From an uncultured beta proteobacterium (lineage in GTDB: Bacteria; Pseudomonadota; Gammaproteobacteria; Burkholderiales; SG8-39), in NCBI GenBank assembly GCA_963716855.1, contig CAVQUV010000015.1, positions 11,164 to 75,163 of the forward strand: a DNA stretch of 64,000 nucleotides. Direction: 5' to 3'. Shown here in pieces: positions 9,491-18,171 of the stretch; the stretch's first letter is position 1; every line of letters starts with the position of its first letter. A program made the translations under genes and the position numbers. The notes beneath the pieces were generated by a model, which worked only from the letters and a program-made list of their open reading frames with translations, ran no database searches and was not told the origin of the DNA.

Positions 9491-9687
9491 TACGGCCGCT
9501 CCTTCGCCAGTACCGCGAGGAAGGTTCCCGGCTCCACCTCGAACGGGAGCGCCGCGTAGGCCGGCGCGGCCGCCGCGAGCTGCGCGCTCAGCGCGGCCGA
9601 GATCGCCTTCGGCGCCTCGGGCGCGACGACGGCGCCCTGGATCGCCAGGACTTCGGTGACGTAGGCTTCGCTTACTTTGACTGTCAT
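9490..9687 (-). CDS. AtzG-like / DUF4089-like small protein (putative amidase partner subunit)
   Basis: 65 aa, Ala-rich, ending in ...LPFEVEPGTFLAVL, which resembles the GatC/AtzG-type tail. GAGGTG lies before the ATG and the stop overlaps the amidase start. The family call is from memory. Confidence 0.6.
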   Translation of the reverse strand: MTVKVSEAYVTEVLAIQGAVVAPEAPKAISAALSAQLAAAAPAYAALPFEVEPGTFLAVLAKERP

Positions 9688-9849
9688 GGCTTCACCTCGA
9701 GAAAAGCGGGGTTTGTCAGGCCGCGCGGGCGGCGGAGACTATACCCTGCGCTTTTCGCGTACCAACGGCTCGCATCGACGCCCCGCCGCAGCTCGGTGCC
9801 CTGCGGCGCCACGCTAGACTCCGCCCATCGTCGCCCCGGAGGAAGCGCC

Positions 9850-10893
9850 ATGAACCCCCGCTGGAAGCACCGCCCCGAAGGCTCCACCTGGGGCGACTTC
9901 GGCCCCGACGACCAGATCGGGCGGCTCAACCTGCTCACGCCGGAGAAGGTGAAGCAGGCCGCCGCGGAAGTGCGCGAGGGGCTCGCGTTCTGCCTGTCGC
10001 TCCCGCTCGACTACCCCGGCGGCAACAAGCTCAACCCGCGCCGCCATCCGCCGCGGCTCGACGCGACGTACCGCGACGGGAAGCCGTTCATGAACTTCCC
10101 CCTGCGCAAGCTGGATGCGCAGGCGACCGACGTGATCAGCGACGACCAGGTGACGCTGTGCCTGCAGTACTCCACGCAGTGGGATTCGCTTGCGCACGTC
10201 GGGAGCTGGTTCGACGCCGACGGCGACGGGGTCCCGGAGCGGGTCTACTACAACGGCTACCGCGCCGACGAGCACGTCGTGGGCGCGGTTCGCTACCTCG
10301 GCGAAGTGATCGAGGACCCGTGCGGCCCGCACGTCGGCGCGAAGAATCTCGGCGTCGAGCACCTCGCGCTGAAGTGCATCCAGGGCCGCGGCGTGATGGT
10401 CGACCTGCACGCGCACTGCGGCGATGCGCGCGTCGCGGTCGGCTACGACGACCTGATGCGCGTGCTCGAAGCGGACCGGGTTGACGTCGAGCGCGGCGAC
10501 CTGCTCGTCCTCCACACCGGGTTCAGCGCGGTGATCATGCGCATGAACCGCGATCCGGACCTCGCGGTGCTCGAGAACTCGTGCGCGTGCCTGGACGGCC
10601 GCGACGACAGGCTACTGCAGTGGATCACCGACAGCGGCATCGCGGCGCTGGTCGCGGACAACTACGCGGTCGAGTTGTACCCGGCCAAGCCGAAAGACGG
10701 CGCGCGCGCCAACCTGCCGCTGCATGAGCACTGCCTGTTCAAGCTCGGCGTGCCGCTCGGCGAGCTGTGGTGGCTGCGGGACCTCGCGACGTGGCTGCGG
10801 GCGAACCGGCGCAGCCGCTTTCTGCTCACCGCGCCGCCGCTGCGGCTACCCGGGGCGGTGGGCTCGCCGGCGACGCCGGTGGCGACCGTCTAG
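9850..10893 (+). CDS. cyclase-family protein (kynurenine-formamidase-like fold)
   Basis: GGAGGAAG lies before ATG 9850. The sequence shows cyclase-family features (QIGRLNLLTPEKV, QWDSLAHVG, LHTGF). Confidence 0.75.
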   Translation: MNPRWKHRPEGSTWGDFGPDDQIGRLNLLTPEKVKQAAAEVREGLAFCLSLPLDYPGGNKLNPRRHPPRLDATYRDGKPFMNFPLRKLDAQATDVISDDQVTLCLQYSTQWDSLAHVGSWFDADGDGVPERVYYNGYRADEHVVGAVRYLGEVIEDPCGPHVGAKNLGVEHLALKCIQGRGVMVDLHAHCGDARVAVGYDDLMRVLEADRVDVERGDLLVLHTGFSAVIMRMNRDPDLAVLENSCACLDGRDDRLLQWITDSGIAALVADNYAVELYPAKPKDGARANLPLHEHCLFKLGVPLGELWWLRDLATWLRANRRSRFLLTAPPLRLPGAVGSPATPVATV

Positions 10894-10984
10894 ACTCGAC
10901 GGCTGTTCAATAAGGAAGGATGTCGCGGGACTCAGCACGCCGAATCATGGCGGCGTGTCTCGTCAGAATCTGAGCCGCGCACGC

Positions 10985-11890
10985 ATGCGAATGATCGGAC
11001 ATCGAGCTGCACGGGTACTGAAGCACCCCGGCGCCTTTGCCATCCAGACGCTGAAGAGTTTTCGCGCCAATCAGGGACTGCTCCTGGCGGGAGCCGTTGC
11101 CTACTACGCGCTGCTCTCGATCGTGCCGCTGATGATCCTCACGGTCATCGCGCTCTCGCATTTCATCGATCAGGGAGAGTTGCTTCGGACCCTCGGCCAC
11201 TACCTTGAATGGCTGGTTCCCGGGCAGTCCGGGGTGATCATTGAGGAGCTGGCCAGTTTTCTCGATCATCGCGATGTCATGAGCTGGGTGCTGCTTGTGA
11301 CGATGCTGTTCTTCAGCTCGCTCGCATTCACGGTCCTCGAGAATGCGATGTCGGTGATCTTTCATCATCGCGTCGCCATTCGCCGGCGCCGCTTTCTCGT
11401 CTCGGCGGTAATTCCCTACTGCTACATTCTCTCGCTCGGGCTTGGACTGTTGCTGGTCACCCTTGTCGCCGGCAGCCTGCAGGCGATGGGTCAGGAACAG
11501 GTCGAGTTTCTCGGACGCGAATGGTCGCTGAGCGGCGTATCGGGCATGTTGCTATATCTCCTCGGCGTGGCCGGGGAGATCTTCGTGCTCACCTCCGTTT
11601 ACCTCGTCATGCCGGTTGGACGACCGACGCTGTTGCACGCACTCATCGGCGCCATCACGGCGGTGATCTTGTGGGAGCTGACGCGTCATGCGCTGGTGTG
11701 GTATTTCGCGACCCTGTCTCAGATTGGCACAGTCTATGGATCGCTGACGGCCGCCATCATAGTGCTGCTGAGCCTAGAGCTTGCAGCGACGTTGCTGCTG
11801 CTGGGCGCCCAGGTGATTGCCGAATACGAGCGAGTCGGCAAAGGAGACGTCCAAGCGTCGCCGAAACCGCTGCGCCTCGATGGGGGCTGA
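10985..11890 (+). CDS. YihY/BrkB-family membrane protein
   Basis: LLAGAVAYYALLSIVPL and the late motif GSLTAAIIVLLSLELAATLLLLGAQV are typical of the YihY family. Six hydrophobic segments. GC looks visibly lower than in the neighbouring genes. Confidence 0.85.
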   Translation: MRMIGHRAARVLKHPGAFAIQTLKSFRANQGLLLAGAVAYYALLSIVPLMILTVIALSHFIDQGELLRTLGHYLEWLVPGQSGVIIEELASFLDHRDVMSWVLLVTMLFFSSLAFTVLENAMSVIFHHRVAIRRRRFLVSAVIPYCYILSLGLGLLLVTLVAGSLQAMGQEQVEFLGREWSLSGVSGMLLYLLGVAGEIFVLTSVYLVMPVGRPTLLHALIGAITAVILWELTRHALVWYFATLSQIGTVYGSLTAAIIVLLSLELAATLLLLGAQVIAEYERVGKGDVQASPKPLRLDGG

Positions 11891-12178
11891 TCTGGCTGCC
11901 GCGCAAGAGTTGAATACGGCAATCGCGCCATCGCAGCGGCCGCCCGACGCGGTAGGCTCGCCGGCGACGCCCATGGCGACCGTGTGACGCGAGGAACGGC
12001 CGGGCTCGGGAGACCCCCTCTCGTTTCAGCACGCCGGGAAGGGCGGGTTCTTCGCGTGTATATTCTTTGCTGGAAGTAGTCTCCGACGACCTAGCGGACC
12101 CCCGTGTAACTCCCGGACCGCCCTCGCCCCCTGGTTCCCCGTAGGCCCGTGGTGCAGGGCGCCCGCTCCGGGTGACCG

Positions 12179-13060
12179 ATGAGTAACTCGCTCTACGAAC
12201 CCCCTCGCACTGACGGCGCGAGCGTAACGATCCCCACGATTCGGGTGGCGTTCGCGCTGTCGCTGCTCATCCACGCGGCCGTGCTGTGGGTGTTGGTGCC
12301 GCGCTTGGCCGACCAGTTCTCCGCGCGTGCGGAGCGCGGGAAGGCAAGCGGGGCGCTGGCAGTGCGCCTCGCGCCGCCGCCGACTCCGGCGACGAGCGCC
12401 CCACCCGCCCCTTCCGCGTCGCCCGCGCCTCCGCCGCCACCGCCATCCGCGAAGCGACCACCGCCACGCCCGTCGGCACCGCGCCCGCCGCCCCCGCCAC
12501 CGGTCATCGCGAAAAACGCGCCGGCGCCCGCTGCCTTACCTCCGCCGGTCCCTCCCTCCGCCCCTGCGCCGACACCCGCGCCGGTCGAGGGCGACTTCTC
12601 GGCGTACCTCGAGGCGCGACGCCGCGCGCGCGGTGCCTCGGCCGAAGACAGCGCCGCGAGCGCGCCGCCGGTCGAAGACGAACGAGCGCGCCACAACCGC
12701 ATTGTCGCCGAGAACCTCGGCTTGAACCGCACGCCGACCTACGGCCCCGAGCGCAAAGGCGGCGGCATCTTCCAGCTCGAACGGGTGGGCTACACCAGCG
12801 CGGAGTTCACCTTTTTCGGCTGGAACAAGGACATTCAACGCAGGGCGAAGCAGCTGATCGAGGTCGAGAAAGGCGCCAACAGCGACATCCGGATCGCGGT
12901 GGTGCGCAGGATGATCGCGATCATCCGCGACCACGAGTCCGGCGACTTCGTATGGGTGTCACAACGCCTGGGGCGCGATGTAACGCTCTCCGCTCGCCTA
13001 AGCGACAACGCGGGGCTCGAGGAATTCATGATGAAGGAGTTTTTTTCCGAAGCGCGCTGA
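12179..13060 (+). CDS. membrane-anchored proline-rich protein (TonB-like architecture; C-terminal domain not recognisable as TonB_C)
   Basis: N-terminal TM segment (VAFALSLLIHAAVLWVLV), a Pro/Ala-rich linker of about 100 aa, and a globular C-terminus of about 130 aa. Confidence 0.65.
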   Translation: MSNSLYEPPRTDGASVTIPTIRVAFALSLLIHAAVLWVLVPRLADQFSARAERGKASGALAVRLAPPPTPATSAPPAPSASPAPPPPPPSAKRPPPRPSAPRPPPPPPVIAKNAPAPAALPPPVPPSAPAPTPAPVEGDFSAYLEARRRARGASAEDSAASAPPVEDERARHNRIVAENLGLNRTPTYGPERKGGGIFQLERVGYTSAEFTFFGWNKDIQRRAKQLIEVEKGANSDIRIAVVRRMIAIIRDHESGDFVWVSQRLGRDVTLSARLSDNAGLEEFMMKEFFSEAR

Positions 13061-13159
13061 GGGTGGCCCGCGAGAACGCCGGCAACGAGCCTGAGTATCG
13101 ACTGAAAGGATCGGCGACCCGCACGGCGCGCGTCGCGCGCTGCCCGCGCCGCCCGGCCT

Positions 13160-13930
13160 CTACTTCGCTGCCGCGGCGGCGGAACCGCGCAACACGACGA
13201 TCGCAAGGCGGCCATCAGTGCGCCATGGATCACCGCCGCCGTTGCGTCCTTCGAGCCGGGAATGGAACCCGTCCTCCCATTCGATCGCCTGCACCAGGCC
13301 GGCCTTCTGCAGTTCGTTCGCGATGCGGTCGCGTTCGGCATCGACGTCGGGACCGATGTGATGGGTAACCTGCCCGGTGGTGTAGCTCAGGCCCACCCGC
13401 TCGTCGAACGTCGCGGAGCCGAACCACACCGCCCGGCCCTCGGGCCGTTTGTCCCAGCGCCAGAAACGCACGTGGTGCCGCTGGCGCGGGCTGTCTCCGA
13501 CGGGCTGCTCGAAGGCGAGGTCCTGCTTGCGGCCGAACAGATAGAGGTTGCTCACCGGTGCATCGTCGTCGGGCCGGCGCAGCACCGAGTCCACGGCGAT
13601 GCGCACGCTGGTGGCGAAGGTGATCGGGTCCGCCGGGAACCAGCCGACCTTGGTCATCGCCCGCACGACTTCGGCATCGCTGCCTACCAGCGCGATGTTG
13701 ATCGGATCGCCCGGATGGCCGTCCGAGGTTTGGGTGACCCGGTCAACTTCCGCGAAATCCTTGTGATGCGAGAAGTAGAGCTCCGACAGTCGCGGCACAA
13801 TCAGGTAGGCCGTAACTGCCCACGCGAGCAGGAACCACATCAGTATCCGGATGCGTCGCGCGCGCCGCGGCGTGCTCGTTGCGGGCGCTCGCGTCGCGCT
13901 TTCCTGGCTGGCGTCGTTGGGGTCGGTCAT
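13160..13930 (-). CDS. LssY C-terminal-domain-like membrane-anchored protein
   Basis: 256 aa from MTDPNDAS. One TM segment (ILMWFLLAWAVTAYLIV), then DPINIALVGSDAEVVRAMTKVGWFPAD and HHVRFW, resembling LssY_C. The family call is from memory. Confidence 0.55.
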   Translation of the reverse strand: MTDPNDASQESATRAPATSTPRRARRIRILMWFLLAWAVTAYLIVPRLSELYFSHHKDFAEVDRVTQTSDGHPGDPINIALVGSDAEVVRAMTKVGWFPADPITFATSVRIAVDSVLRRPDDDAPVSNLYLFGRKQDLAFEQPVGDSPRQRHHVRFWRWDKRPEGRAVWFGSATFDERVGLSYTTGQVTHHIGPDVDAERDRIANELQKAGLVQAIEWEDGFHSRLEGRNGGGDPWRTDGRLAIVVLRGSAAAAAK

Positions 13931-14110
13931 GGTGCCGCGGAAGGATAGCCGATGTAACGACGCACCCCGCGCAGTTGGAACCTGGGTCGCGCGGTACGAA
14001 TGCCGATTGCGCGCGGCAACCACCCGGCAGCCGCCCCCAGGAAAAAACAAAGCCGCGCTGCCCGCGATGACGGCGAACAGCGCGGCGTGGAGAGGACTCC
14101 CGCGAGGCGC

Positions 14111-15721
14111 TTACTGGCCGTGCGCCGCCCGGGCCTTCTCGATCTGCGCTTTGACGGCCTCGAGGTTGAAGCTCGCCCCGGGCTGCATCGGCGGGAACTC
14201 GATCGCGGTCTGCGCGATCTTCGCCACCTCTTTCTGCACGAACTGGAAGCGCCAGAACTCGTACACGAACCAGTTGTAGTACGCCAACGACCCGTTCGCA
14301 CCGTTCGGCATGCCCGTGCGCTCGTACGGGTCGGAGCGGAGGTTCGTCAGGATCGGCCAGTCGACCTTGATCGTGCCGCCCAGCCAGCCTTGCGGCTGAT
14401 CGGTGAACCGGTACTTGAAGTCGTCGATCCGGACCGCCGACAGCGTGCCCTCGGTGAAGTAGAAGATCTCGTGGCGCGCCGAGGGGCCCTTGCCCGTGAT
14501 CAGGTCCATCTGGTTGTAGCCGTCCAGGTGCACCTTGTACGTGGTGTCGCCCAGCTTCTTGCCCTTCTTCAGGTCCGCCGCGATGTTGGCGTCACCGGCC
14601 GCCGCAACGAAGGTCGGAAACCAGTCGAGGCCCGACACGATGCCGTTCTCGACCTTGCCCGCCGGCACCTTGCCCGGCCAGCGCAGGATCATCGGCACGC
14701 GGAAGCCGCCCTCGAGGGCCGTCCCCTTGCCTCCGGCGAACGGCGTCTGGCCGCCGTCCGGCCAGGTGAAGTTCTCGGCGCCGTTGTCGGTCGTGAAGCC
14801 GAGGATGGTGTCGCCTTCGATGCCGGCGTCCTTCACGTACTTCATCACGGCGCCGACGATGTCGTCGATCTGCGCCATGCCGGCTTCCTGGATGGTCCAG
14901 TTGTTGTCCGAGTTGCGCATCCCCTGGTACTTCGGCGACAGGTGCGTGACGACGTGCATCCGCGTCGGGTTCAGCCACAGGAAGAACGGCTTGCCGTCCT
15001 TGCGCGCCTTGTCGACGAACTTCAGCGCTTTTTCGAGGATCTCATCGTCGACGGTCTCCATCCGCTTGGGACAGAGCTCGCCCGCGTCCTCGATCTTCTG
15101 CTTGCCGATCTTGCCCCAGCGCGGCTGCACGGTCGCGTCATCCGCGGTCGTCGCCCACGAATGGACCATGTTGCGCGGACCCACCGTCGCGCGCAGCTTC
15201 TGCGGGTAATTCGGGTGGCACGGGTCCTCCATCGCGTCCAGGTGATAGAGGTAGCCGTAGAACTCGTCGAAGCCGTGCAGCGTGGGCAGGAACTGGTTCA
15301 GATCGCCCAGGTGATTCTTGCCGAACTGGCCGGTGGCGTAGCCCATCGCCTTCAGCGCCGTCGCGATCGTCGGCGCCTTCGCCGGCATCCCGATCGGCGA
15401 CCCGGCTTGCCCCACGGTCGTCAGCCCGGTACGGATGGGCAGCTCGCCGGTGATGAAGTTGGCGCGTCCCGCGGTGCAGCTCGCTTCCGCGTAGTAGTCG
15501 GTGAAGCGCATGCCCTCGGCCGCGAGCCGGTCGAGGTTCGGCGTCCTCATCGACATGATGCCCTGGTTGTAGGCGCCGATATTGGCCCAGCCGATGTCGT
15601 CGCCCATGATCATGATGATGTTGGGCTTCTTGGCCGGCGCCTGGGCGAGCGCGGGCACTGCCGCAAACAGGGCGAAGGCGATCGCAGCCATGGCTGCCGA
15701 GAGATGTCTCAAAAGATTCAT
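14111..15721 (-). CDS. arylsulfatase (Cys-type, motif CTAGR)
   Basis: Signal peptide followed by PNIIMIMGDDIGW, SCTAGRANFITG and GKNHLGD. Full length, 536 aa. Confidence 0.9.
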   Translation of the reverse strand: MNLLRHLSAAMAAIAFALFAAVPALAQAPAKKPNIIMIMGDDIGWANIGAYNQGIMSMRTPNLDRLAAEGMRFTDYYAEASCTAGRANFITGELPIRTGLTTVGQAGSPIGMPAKAPTIATALKAMGYATGQFGKNHLGDLNQFLPTLHGFDEFYGYLYHLDAMEDPCHPNYPQKLRATVGPRNMVHSWATTADDATVQPRWGKIGKQKIEDAGELCPKRMETVDDEILEKALKFVDKARKDGKPFFLWLNPTRMHVVTHLSPKYQGMRNSDNNWTIQEAGMAQIDDIVGAVMKYVKDAGIEGDTILGFTTDNGAENFTWPDGGQTPFAGGKGTALEGGFRVPMILRWPGKVPAGKVENGIVSGLDWFPTFVAAAGDANIAADLKKGKKLGDTTYKVHLDGYNQMDLITGKGPSARHEIFYFTEGTLSAVRIDDFKYRFTDQPQGWLGGTIKVDWPILTNLRSDPYERTGMPNGANGSLAYYNWFVYEFWRFQFVQKEVAKIAQTAIEFPPMQPGASFNLEAVKAQIEKARAAHGQ

Positions 15722-15974
15722 GTGGAGTCTCCTAGCATTCGGGATTTCTTATTGAGGAGTCGAGGGAAGGGAAAAAAGCAGCAACACGATTCGCGCGGTC
15801 CTGCTCAGCGCGGGCGGAGAGTACCCGAATTAGCGACCACCCGTGCCTTCGCCCGCCGATCGCGGTGCGTCCCGACGGCACTTGTGGAATTACCGGTATC
15901 CTGTTCGCCGAATCGAGGACCGTCGGCGCAGGGTCCGTGCCGGCACGTTGCCCACTTCACCAGGAGTTCCCGTC

Positions 15975-16616
15975 ATGACTCACAGCACCGCGCGCCGACT
16001 GCGCGCGCTCTCCCTCGCGCTCGTTGCGCTGGCCTGCGCGGCGAGCTGCGCGCCGAACCGGCTCCTGCATCAGCACGCGAACCCCGAGTACGTCGGCAAG
16101 CCCTTCAAGCGCGTGCTCGTGGTCGCGGTCACGCACGAGAACGTGCTGGGGCGCGTGTTCGAGGATCGCATGGTCGCGCTGCTCGGCCAGCGCGGCATCC
16201 AGGGCGTGCCGGCTTACGCCTCGCTTGGCACCTCAGGCGCGGCCGACGAAGCCACGCTGCGGAAAGTGATCGCCGAGACGCGCGTCGACGGGATGCTCAT
16301 CGCGCGCACCACCAGCGTCGACGTGTCGACCGTCACTTCGCCCGGCTACACGGTCACCGTGGGCTACGGGTGGGGCGGCTTCTACGGCTACTACGCCGGC
16401 GTGTGGCAGACGAGCTACGTCCCGCCGCAGACGACGGTCAGCGGCCCGACGCGCACCGTCTCCGAGACGCGGCTCTTCGACGCGCGGACCGGCGCGCTCG
16501 CCTGGAGCGGGATGATCGGCACGACCGACCGCGACGGCGAATCCGACGACGCGGCCTCCGTGCAGCAGTACGTCGGAATCGTGTTCGACGCGATGGCGCG
16601 GGACGGGATCATCTGA
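15975..16616 (+). CDS. lipoprotein, DUF4136-like
   Basis: CAGGAG lies before ATG 15975. The signal ends with Cys residues (LVALACAASC). A Gly/Tyr-rich GYGWGGFYGYYAG segment is present. Confidence 0.6.
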   Translation: MTHSTARRLRALSLALVALACAASCAPNRLLHQHANPEYVGKPFKRVLVVAVTHENVLGRVFEDRMVALLGQRGIQGVPAYASLGTSGAADEATLRKVIAETRVDGMLIARTTSVDVSTVTSPGYTVTVGYGWGGFYGYYAGVWQTSYVPPQTTVSGPTRTVSETRLFDARTGALAWSGMIGTTDRDGESDDAASVQQYVGIVFDAMARDGII

Positions 16617-16656
16617 GCGCCGGTCCCGAGCGCCTCGGACCCGCCAGGCGCGGATG

Positions 16657-16687
16657 CTCGAGCGGCCCCGATCGGGGGCCGCTCGAG
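16657..16687. terminator. 13-bp perfect GC-rich hairpin between convergent genes (no U-tract)
   Basis: ctcgagcggcccc-gatcg-ggggccgctcgag, located between stop 16616 (+) and stop 16725 (-). Confidence 0.5.
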
Positions 16688-16724
16688 CGAAGACATCCGG
16701 TGACCGGCGCGTCGCCGGCGCGGA

Positions 16725-17339
16725 TTACAGCTCCTTGACCTGCACCTTCCGCCACTTGATGGCGCCGCCGGGGGCGTCCTTGGGCCCGTTGCCGAACTGC
16801 AATGCGAACGGTCCCTGGGGAAACTTGCCGTTCTGGACATTGACGGTCTGGACGCCGTTCAGCACGACGGTGAGCTGTGCGCCCCTGGCCGTGATCTCAT
16901 AAGTGTTCCACTTGCCGCCCGCCTTGGGCATGGGCGATACCGCGGCGATATCGACGATCGCCCCGGTGCCGTAGGCCGGCTCGGGGCGCTGGTCGTAGAT
17001 GTTCACCTCGTAGGAATTCGCGGCGGTGACCTTGGCGGGATCGGAAAGGCGAATGAAGATTCCGCTGTTCGTGGTGTGATCCGCCCAGAACTCGGCCTTG
17101 ATCTGGAAGTCCTTGTACGAGCTCTTCGAGACGAGATAGCCGCCCTTGCCCCGGTCCGCCACGATGGCGCCGTCCTCCGCTCTCCAGTTGGCGTCGCCGA
17201 TGCGGTTCCAGTTGTCGAGGCCCCTGGTGCCGTCGATAAGGGTGGTCCACCCGGCATCGGAACCGGACATCTGTGCGCAGCCCAGAAGGGTCGACGCGAC
17301 AACCAGCAATCCCACGGTGAAGACAGACAGGCGTTTCAT
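16725..17339 (-). CDS. DUF1080-domain (3-keto-disaccharide hydrolase-like) lipoprotein
   Basis: 204 aa from MKRLSVFTVGLLVVASTLLGC (lipobox). Contains W..IDG..L..W and a C-terminal IKWRKVQVKEL typical of DUF1080. Confidence 0.8.
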   Translation of the reverse strand: MKRLSVFTVGLLVVASTLLGCAQMSGSDAGWTTLIDGTRGLDNWNRIGDANWRAEDGAIVADRGKGGYLVSKSSYKDFQIKAEFWADHTTNSGIFIRLSDPAKVTAANSYEVNIYDQRPEPAYGTGAIVDIAAVSPMPKAGGKWNTYEITARGAQLTVVLNGVQTVNVQNGKFPQGPFALQFGNGPKDAPGGAIKWRKVQVKEL

Positions 17340-17511
17340 GGTGGCCTCCCCCTGCGTTGAAACGACATGAAAGGAAAAAAGGTCGCTCCCGCTCCTTGGC
17401 CCCCGCCGATCGCAGGGCTTCCCGGGCCAGCACGACCCTTGCTGCGCTCGGGCTCGAGTCAATTCTGCTCCCGCACTTCCGAGCTAGGCAATGCTTCGTT
17501 CGTACGTCCCG

Positions 17512-18171
17512 TCAGCGGGGCGTCGCCTCGAGCTGCTCGCGCAGCAAGACCGCCATTCGCGCACTCGGCGTGCCGGGCGGGAAGAGGCTGACGAAACGCC
17601 CCTCGCGGTCGAGCAGGAACGTGTACGCCGTATGGTCGATGACGTAGGTCTTCGTGCCGGGCAGGGGCACCTTCTCGAAGAACACCTTGTAGTCGGTGGC
17701 GACGCGCCGGATCTCGCCTTCCGTGCCGGTGAGCGCGACGAAGCGCGGATGGAACGCCGCCGCGTATTCGCGCAGCACGACGGGCGTGTCGCGTTCCGGG
17801 TCGAGCGTGACGAACACCGGCTGCACCTGATCGCCGGCGGCGCCCAGGTCGCGCAGCGTCTGGCCGATGGTCGCCAGGTCGGTCGGGCAGACGTCGGGGC
17901 AGGTGGCGTAGCCGAAATAGAGCAGCACCAGCTTGCCGCGGAAATCGGCGAGGGCGACGCGCCGCCCCTCCGGGTCGGAGAGAACGAACGCGCCGCCCAC
18001 CGGCGACTTGCCCGACATCAGCTCGTTCATGAGGCGCGCGGCGTCGGCGCGCCGGTCGGCGGGCGGCGGGTCGCGCGTGGCGAACCATGCCGCCGACGCG
18101 GCGACGGCGATGACGGCGGCCGCGATCAGGGCGGGCGCGCGAACGCGCGGCCGCGCGCCCGGCGCCTTCAT
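17512..18171 (-). CDS. SCO1/SenC-family copper chaperone/thiol-disulfide protein
   Basis: TM anchor plus GKLVLLYFGYATCPDVCP (CxxxC) and DHT. The ATG directly abuts the TAG of the upstream gene. Confidence 0.9.
   Translation of the reverse strand: MKAPGARPRVRAPALIAAAVIAVAASAAWFATRDPPPADRRADAARLMNELMSGKSPVGGAFVLSDPEGRRVALADFRGKLVLLYFGYATCPDVCPTDLATIGQTLRDLGAAGDQVQPVFVTLDPERDTPVVLREYAAAFHPRFVALTGTEGEIRRVATDYKVFFEKVPLPGTKTYVIDHTAYTFLLDREGRFVSLFPPGTPSARMAVLLREQLEATPR

Noticed and set aside
12390-12570. Apparent short tandem repetition at DNA level (ccgccgccnccg runs).
   Set aside because: It lies inside the coding proline-rich linker of ORF 12179..13060. This is low-complexity coding sequence, not a distinct repeat element or CRISPR-like array.
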